Positions 29,159-35,076 of a DNA stretch of 35,076 nucleotides are shown piece after piece; position 1 is the first letter of the stretch; every line of letters starts with the position of its first letter. This DNA is from Spirogloea muscicola (Eukaryota), in the NCBI GenBank assembly GCA_009602725.1, contig WELB01000007.1, forward strand, positions 98,295 through 133,370, written 5' to 3'. The notes under the pieces are model-generated. The model was not told the origin of the DNA. It made no database searches and saw nothing but the letters and a program-made list of their open reading frames with translations. Both the position numbers and the translations under genes were made by a program.

Positions 29159-30107
29159 GGCCCCGCCGCCCTCTTGGGACTTGCTGGTAAGCAGCCCTGG
29201 GCGGTTCCGGCAGAGGCATGGACCGCAGGTATAGGACGTGCCACGCGCTCTTTATTGACTTCTGTTAGAGCTGCCACCTTTATGAGTTGTGCTGATTGGC
29301 GAGCGACATGGCAAAGTGTCAGCCATTTTGCAGCTCGTACCTTTCCAATTTAGGATACCCAGTGCAGTCATAGTCATTCCCACTTGTCAGCCACTCTGGA
29401 ATGGAGGACAACGGGGTAGGAACCTTGTAGTCTAGCGAGTGCTCAGACACCAAAATATAACTGCAGTCTGTTAGCGTGCTTGCCAAGACCATCTGCTGCA
29501 GTGCCTGATCTTAGTTGAATGGCATATACCGGTAGAGACTGCTGGCAGCCTTGACCTGCCATCCAACGCTGTTATTACCACCCCTCCAATTTCGCCTCCA
29601 AATTGGATTGGTGACACTGTAATTCTTGCCGAGGTGCAGCAAAAGTGCCTTGGCCACTGGCTGCAGCAACACACTTTCTGCCAATCTGGTCTTTCTACTA
29701 AAAGCTCGTAGCGGCATGCTCCCTTCACGCTTGCACATCGAGGAGCAGCACAAGGGTTGCAGCAGCAATTACTACGCCATCAATGTTCGTCACTTGCTGG
29801 GCTCTAATAACATGACAATTTTCATACTCAATTGTGTAGGTTCTTGTGACTGCCGAACGACTTGTTGTGACTCCCAAACGAGTGCTCATTCCGGCTTGAG
29901 GAAGCATCTGTGCCATGCTGTTCGCTTCACAATGATTGGCCCATGCGTTGCACTTGACTAAGCACAGGCAAGCGAGACGCATACTATACAAATGCAGGCA
30001 CAGAGAACAGGCGAGATAGTTCAAGCCAGCTGCTGAATTGTTCATGGGTGTTGTCAACGGGGACTAAATGGGAGGAGACAGCTACTTTACCCCAGCGTGT
30101 GCCACAG

Positions 30108-31968
<1,861 letters not shown>

Positions 31969-32403
31969 NNNNNNNNNNNNNNNNNNNNNNNNNNNNNNNN
32001 NNNNNNNNNNNNNNNNNNNNNNNNNNNNNNNNNNNNNNNNNNNNNNNNNNNNNNNNNNNNNNNNNNNNNNNNNNNNNNNNNNNNNNNNNNNNNNNNNNNN
32101 NNNNNNNNNNNNNNNNNNNNNNNNNNNNNNNNNNNNNNNNNNNNNNNNNNNNNNNNNNNNNNNNNNNNNNNNNNNNNNNNNNNNNNNNNNNNNNNNNNNN
32201 NNNNNNNNNNNNNNNNNNNNNNNNNNNNNNNNNNNNNNNNNNNNNNNNNNNNNNNNNNNNNNNNNNNNNNNNNNNNNNNNNNNNNNNNNNNNNNNNNNNN
32301 NNNNNNNNNNNNNNNNNNNNNNNNNNNNNNNNNNNNNNNNNNNNNNNNNNNNNNNNNNNNNNNNNNNNNNNNNNNNNNNNNNNNNNNNNNNNNNNNNNNN
32401 NNN

Positions 32404-33039
32404 CGCCGCCTCGCCGCCGCAGCCGCGAGCGGCGGCGCCGGCGCTGGCGCCAGCGTCCCCTTTCGCCGAGGCGGCGCTGGCCGCCTGGACGAGGACGGCG
32501 GCGGCCAGGCTGCGGTCGTGAGGACCATCCTCAGGTGGGCGCCCACAACCCAGGTGGGCGCGCCCACGTCGTCGCCTCACGCCAGCGGCCCTCAGACTGA
32601 TGGCCGCGACTGGCGCAGGGGCCCCCGCGCTGTCGTGGACGCGGCGGCCGGCCTCTGGCGGCAGCGGCTAAGCTTCCGGCAGATCGAGTGGCCGCCGCTG
32701 CCGGAGACTGTGAGCCCCTCGCCTTGACAATCGCCGTGAAAGCCGCTGCCTGCTCCGGCCATAGCTTCCCTACCGCCAACGATCTCGAGAAGATCCATGA
32801 GTTATTGCTGCAAAATTGTGAAGATCTGATCGACTCTCTTTCTTACGTGCAGCGCCGCTTTTATGGGCAGCATCCGAAAGCCCAGCAGTGTCGGCCTCAG
32901 CCTCACCAACTGTGGCCTCTCGCCGCCGCAGGTCAGGGTGGCGGCGCTCACGCTGGCCATCGTGGCGCTCCTCATCGTGCTCCTCTCCGCCGTGGACGCG
33001 GCGCTCGCGTACGTGCTTGTGAAGCCCCTTGGGAGGTGA
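32404..33039 (+). CDS. SECE2: SecE-family plastid preprotein translocase subunit, SECE2-like; 5' end in the N gap
   Basis: Exons <32404-32553, 32683-32709, 32932-33039 give ..AVVRTILRWAPTTQ/IEWPPLPET/VRVAALTLAIVALLIVLLSAVDAALAYVLVKPLGR*. This has the SecE (I/V).WP hinge plus one TM helix. The A.LTL..VA..IV.LS.VD.AL.Y.L pattern resembles land-plant SECE2 more than SECE1 (recognised by eye). Confidence 0.7.
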
Positions 33040-33933
33040 GCTGTTGGAAGGAAGGCGTGCCATCTACGCCGCCCTTGGCTGGCTCCGGGGTTGCACACAC
33101 AAGGTCCTCGGTGGCCGGACGGCAGACAGCACTGCTGCCCGGCCGTGCTCGGCCAAACCGTTCTTCGAGCTGCGCACTGCAGCCGACGCCTAGGCTTGCC
33201 TGGCTGGGCGGCAGCAAGAGTAAGACTGAGAGCAGGAGCAAGACAGAGCTCCGAGATCGTGCAGGAGCAAGACCGAGATTGTGCACTGAGGGAGTCTGGC
33301 GCTGAGGATTGCAAAAGAGGCGGAGGGAAGCTGCAGTAAGATTACGGGCGCACTATGAGATGTGCAAGTGCAAGGGCGAGGCATTTAGGGAATGAGCCAG
33401 TGTTAGCCTTAAGGTGGGAGCATAACATCTGTGGAGCAGAACCAGGAGCTTTGAGTGAGAGGAGCAAGAGCGCGAATGAGGGGAGTAGGGGGAGGGGGCG
33501 GGGCGGCATTCTATCTGAACACATTATACAGGGCAAACTTTCGATGTTGAAGGAATTTGACTACTCTGTCTTATTTCAAACAATCGAGAGTGTATTTTTG
33601 TTGAGCTACATCTAAGATGTGCTGCGCAGCTGATGCTCAAAAACGCCATAGCCGCAAGCAAGTGGATAAGAGAAGAAGGAATAGGAGGCAGCAAAGACCA
33701 TGTGGTCGCTAAAAGGTGTACAGACTCAATCTCGAAGCGCAGCTGCGTCTTGATGCTCTGGCGGCAGTCGTGCATCGAGGAGGAGAGAGGACAGGAGCGC
33801 ACATGCGCAGATTATGGGTAATGATCTGAGCTCTACGCGGCTAAATTACGCTAATGAGCAGTGGAGTAACAACAGCAAGTAAAGTTTTGCTGCAGACGAT
33901 GGTGGCCAGGGTCGGGTTTAGCAGATAAGCCCT

Positions 33934-34469
33934 CTACTTGATCTTGCCATTCAGGCCCTTAGGGAAGAAGCCGCCACCAGGGGCGGGGCCGAGCTGCACA
34001 ATGTTGCGGACGGCCGCGGGCATGCGGCCAAAAGCTATAGAATTGCTGTCGGTTGGCACTAGGTTGGCAGTCCCGTTCAGAATGATCCCCTGCAACACAC
34101 ACCACCATCGGTGTTTGGCCACCCGTCAGATGGGCAAGTGTGTCAAACGTCTGCATCAATGCTTTTACTACAGTTATCCAACTTGAGGCTCGTGTTAGCG
34201 CTTTACTCCTGCACGTTTACAACAGCTTGGCTATGCCTCAGCAGCCTGCTGCTGATGCCACGGCAGCGACGCCAGAGGCTGGATAGTCGTGAGCTCACCT
34301 GGTCATCGTTCAGCTTGCCGGCGGCCGCATTGCGGAGGGCAGAGATGGCGCCTGCAATTGTTGCTGTGGTGGCGCCGAATGGGAAGACGGTCTGTCCGGC
34401 AACTTCATACAGCTTGGTGCGGATGATGGCGGCGTGATAAGCCTCCACAGCCAAGATGCCGGCAGCCGC
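33934..34469 (-). CDS. Desiccation-related protein PCC13-62 / ferritin-like family, last two exons (5' part not seen in this window)
   Basis: Exons 34469-34299 and 34089-33934: AAAGILAVEAYHAAIIRTKLYEVAGQTVFPFGATTATIAGAISALRNAAAGKLNDDQ/GIILNGTANLVPTDSNSIAFGRMPAAVRNIVQLGPAPGGGFFPKGLNGKIK*. The VEA.H..IR and GGFFP.G.NG motifs are characteristic of the family. Confidence 0.88.
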
Positions 34470-34858
34470 CTGGTGACGAGGAACGAGTGTAAATACAGAT
34501 GGAACAAGCATCTACAGAGCAATCACAGGATGTGACGGTGTGCAAGCCTTGCACACAAGTAGACGCAGATAGACGAGAAGATACTGCAGACTCTTAACGT
34601 TAGGGAGTGAGAGAGAGTGCAGGAGAAAGGAGACGACAGCCAGGAAGGCAGCCAGAGTGCAAGAGGAGAGGGGGAGGGGAGTCAACAAGGGAGGACAGGG
34701 TGAGAGAGTGGGAGGAAGGAGAAGGGGGCAAGTAGGAGGGCTTTCTCTTCTATACTGAGAGTGGGGGTGGCCACAGAGCTGAGGTCTAGAGAGAGACAGG
34801 CAAGGAAACAGAAGGCAAGGAGGTTTAGGTTCTCTTTCTCTCAAAAGACAGAGAGAAG

Positions 34859-35076
<218 letters not shown>

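Overview
Compact, intron-rich eukaryotic nuclear DNA with GC-rich first exons and mostly short GT-AG introns. It reads like a green alga, plausibly an early-diverging streptophyte; that is an inference from the plant-like PBG1 C-terminus and a SECE2-like gene. By manual splicing I can reconstruct about ten genes: a bacterial-type histone deacetylase (-), a DUF3007 membrane protein (+), a YchJ/SEC-C protein (+), two tandem Old Yellow Enzyme/OPR-like paralogues (-), AP-1 gamma-adaptin (-), DIM1/TXNL4A (+), proteasome beta-7 PBG1 (-), a SECE2-like plastid translocase subunit (+) and the 3' end of a PCC13-62/ferritin-like desiccation protein (-). Intergenic DNA carries decayed 3' ends of an RLE-type (CRE-like) non-LTR retrotransposon family that share a two-hairpin tail, in about five places. 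Other non-coding structure includes a 176-177 bp tandem repeat resembling a duplicated exon+intron unit, a phased GAGTC array in an intron and a bZIP-site-rich 95 bp direct repeat. Three N gaps hide the starts of four genes, and the long poly(T) runs are probably assembly artefacts. I do not see a convincing wholly new multi-gene system. The best leads are the non-coding structures and a few phylogenetically odd genes.
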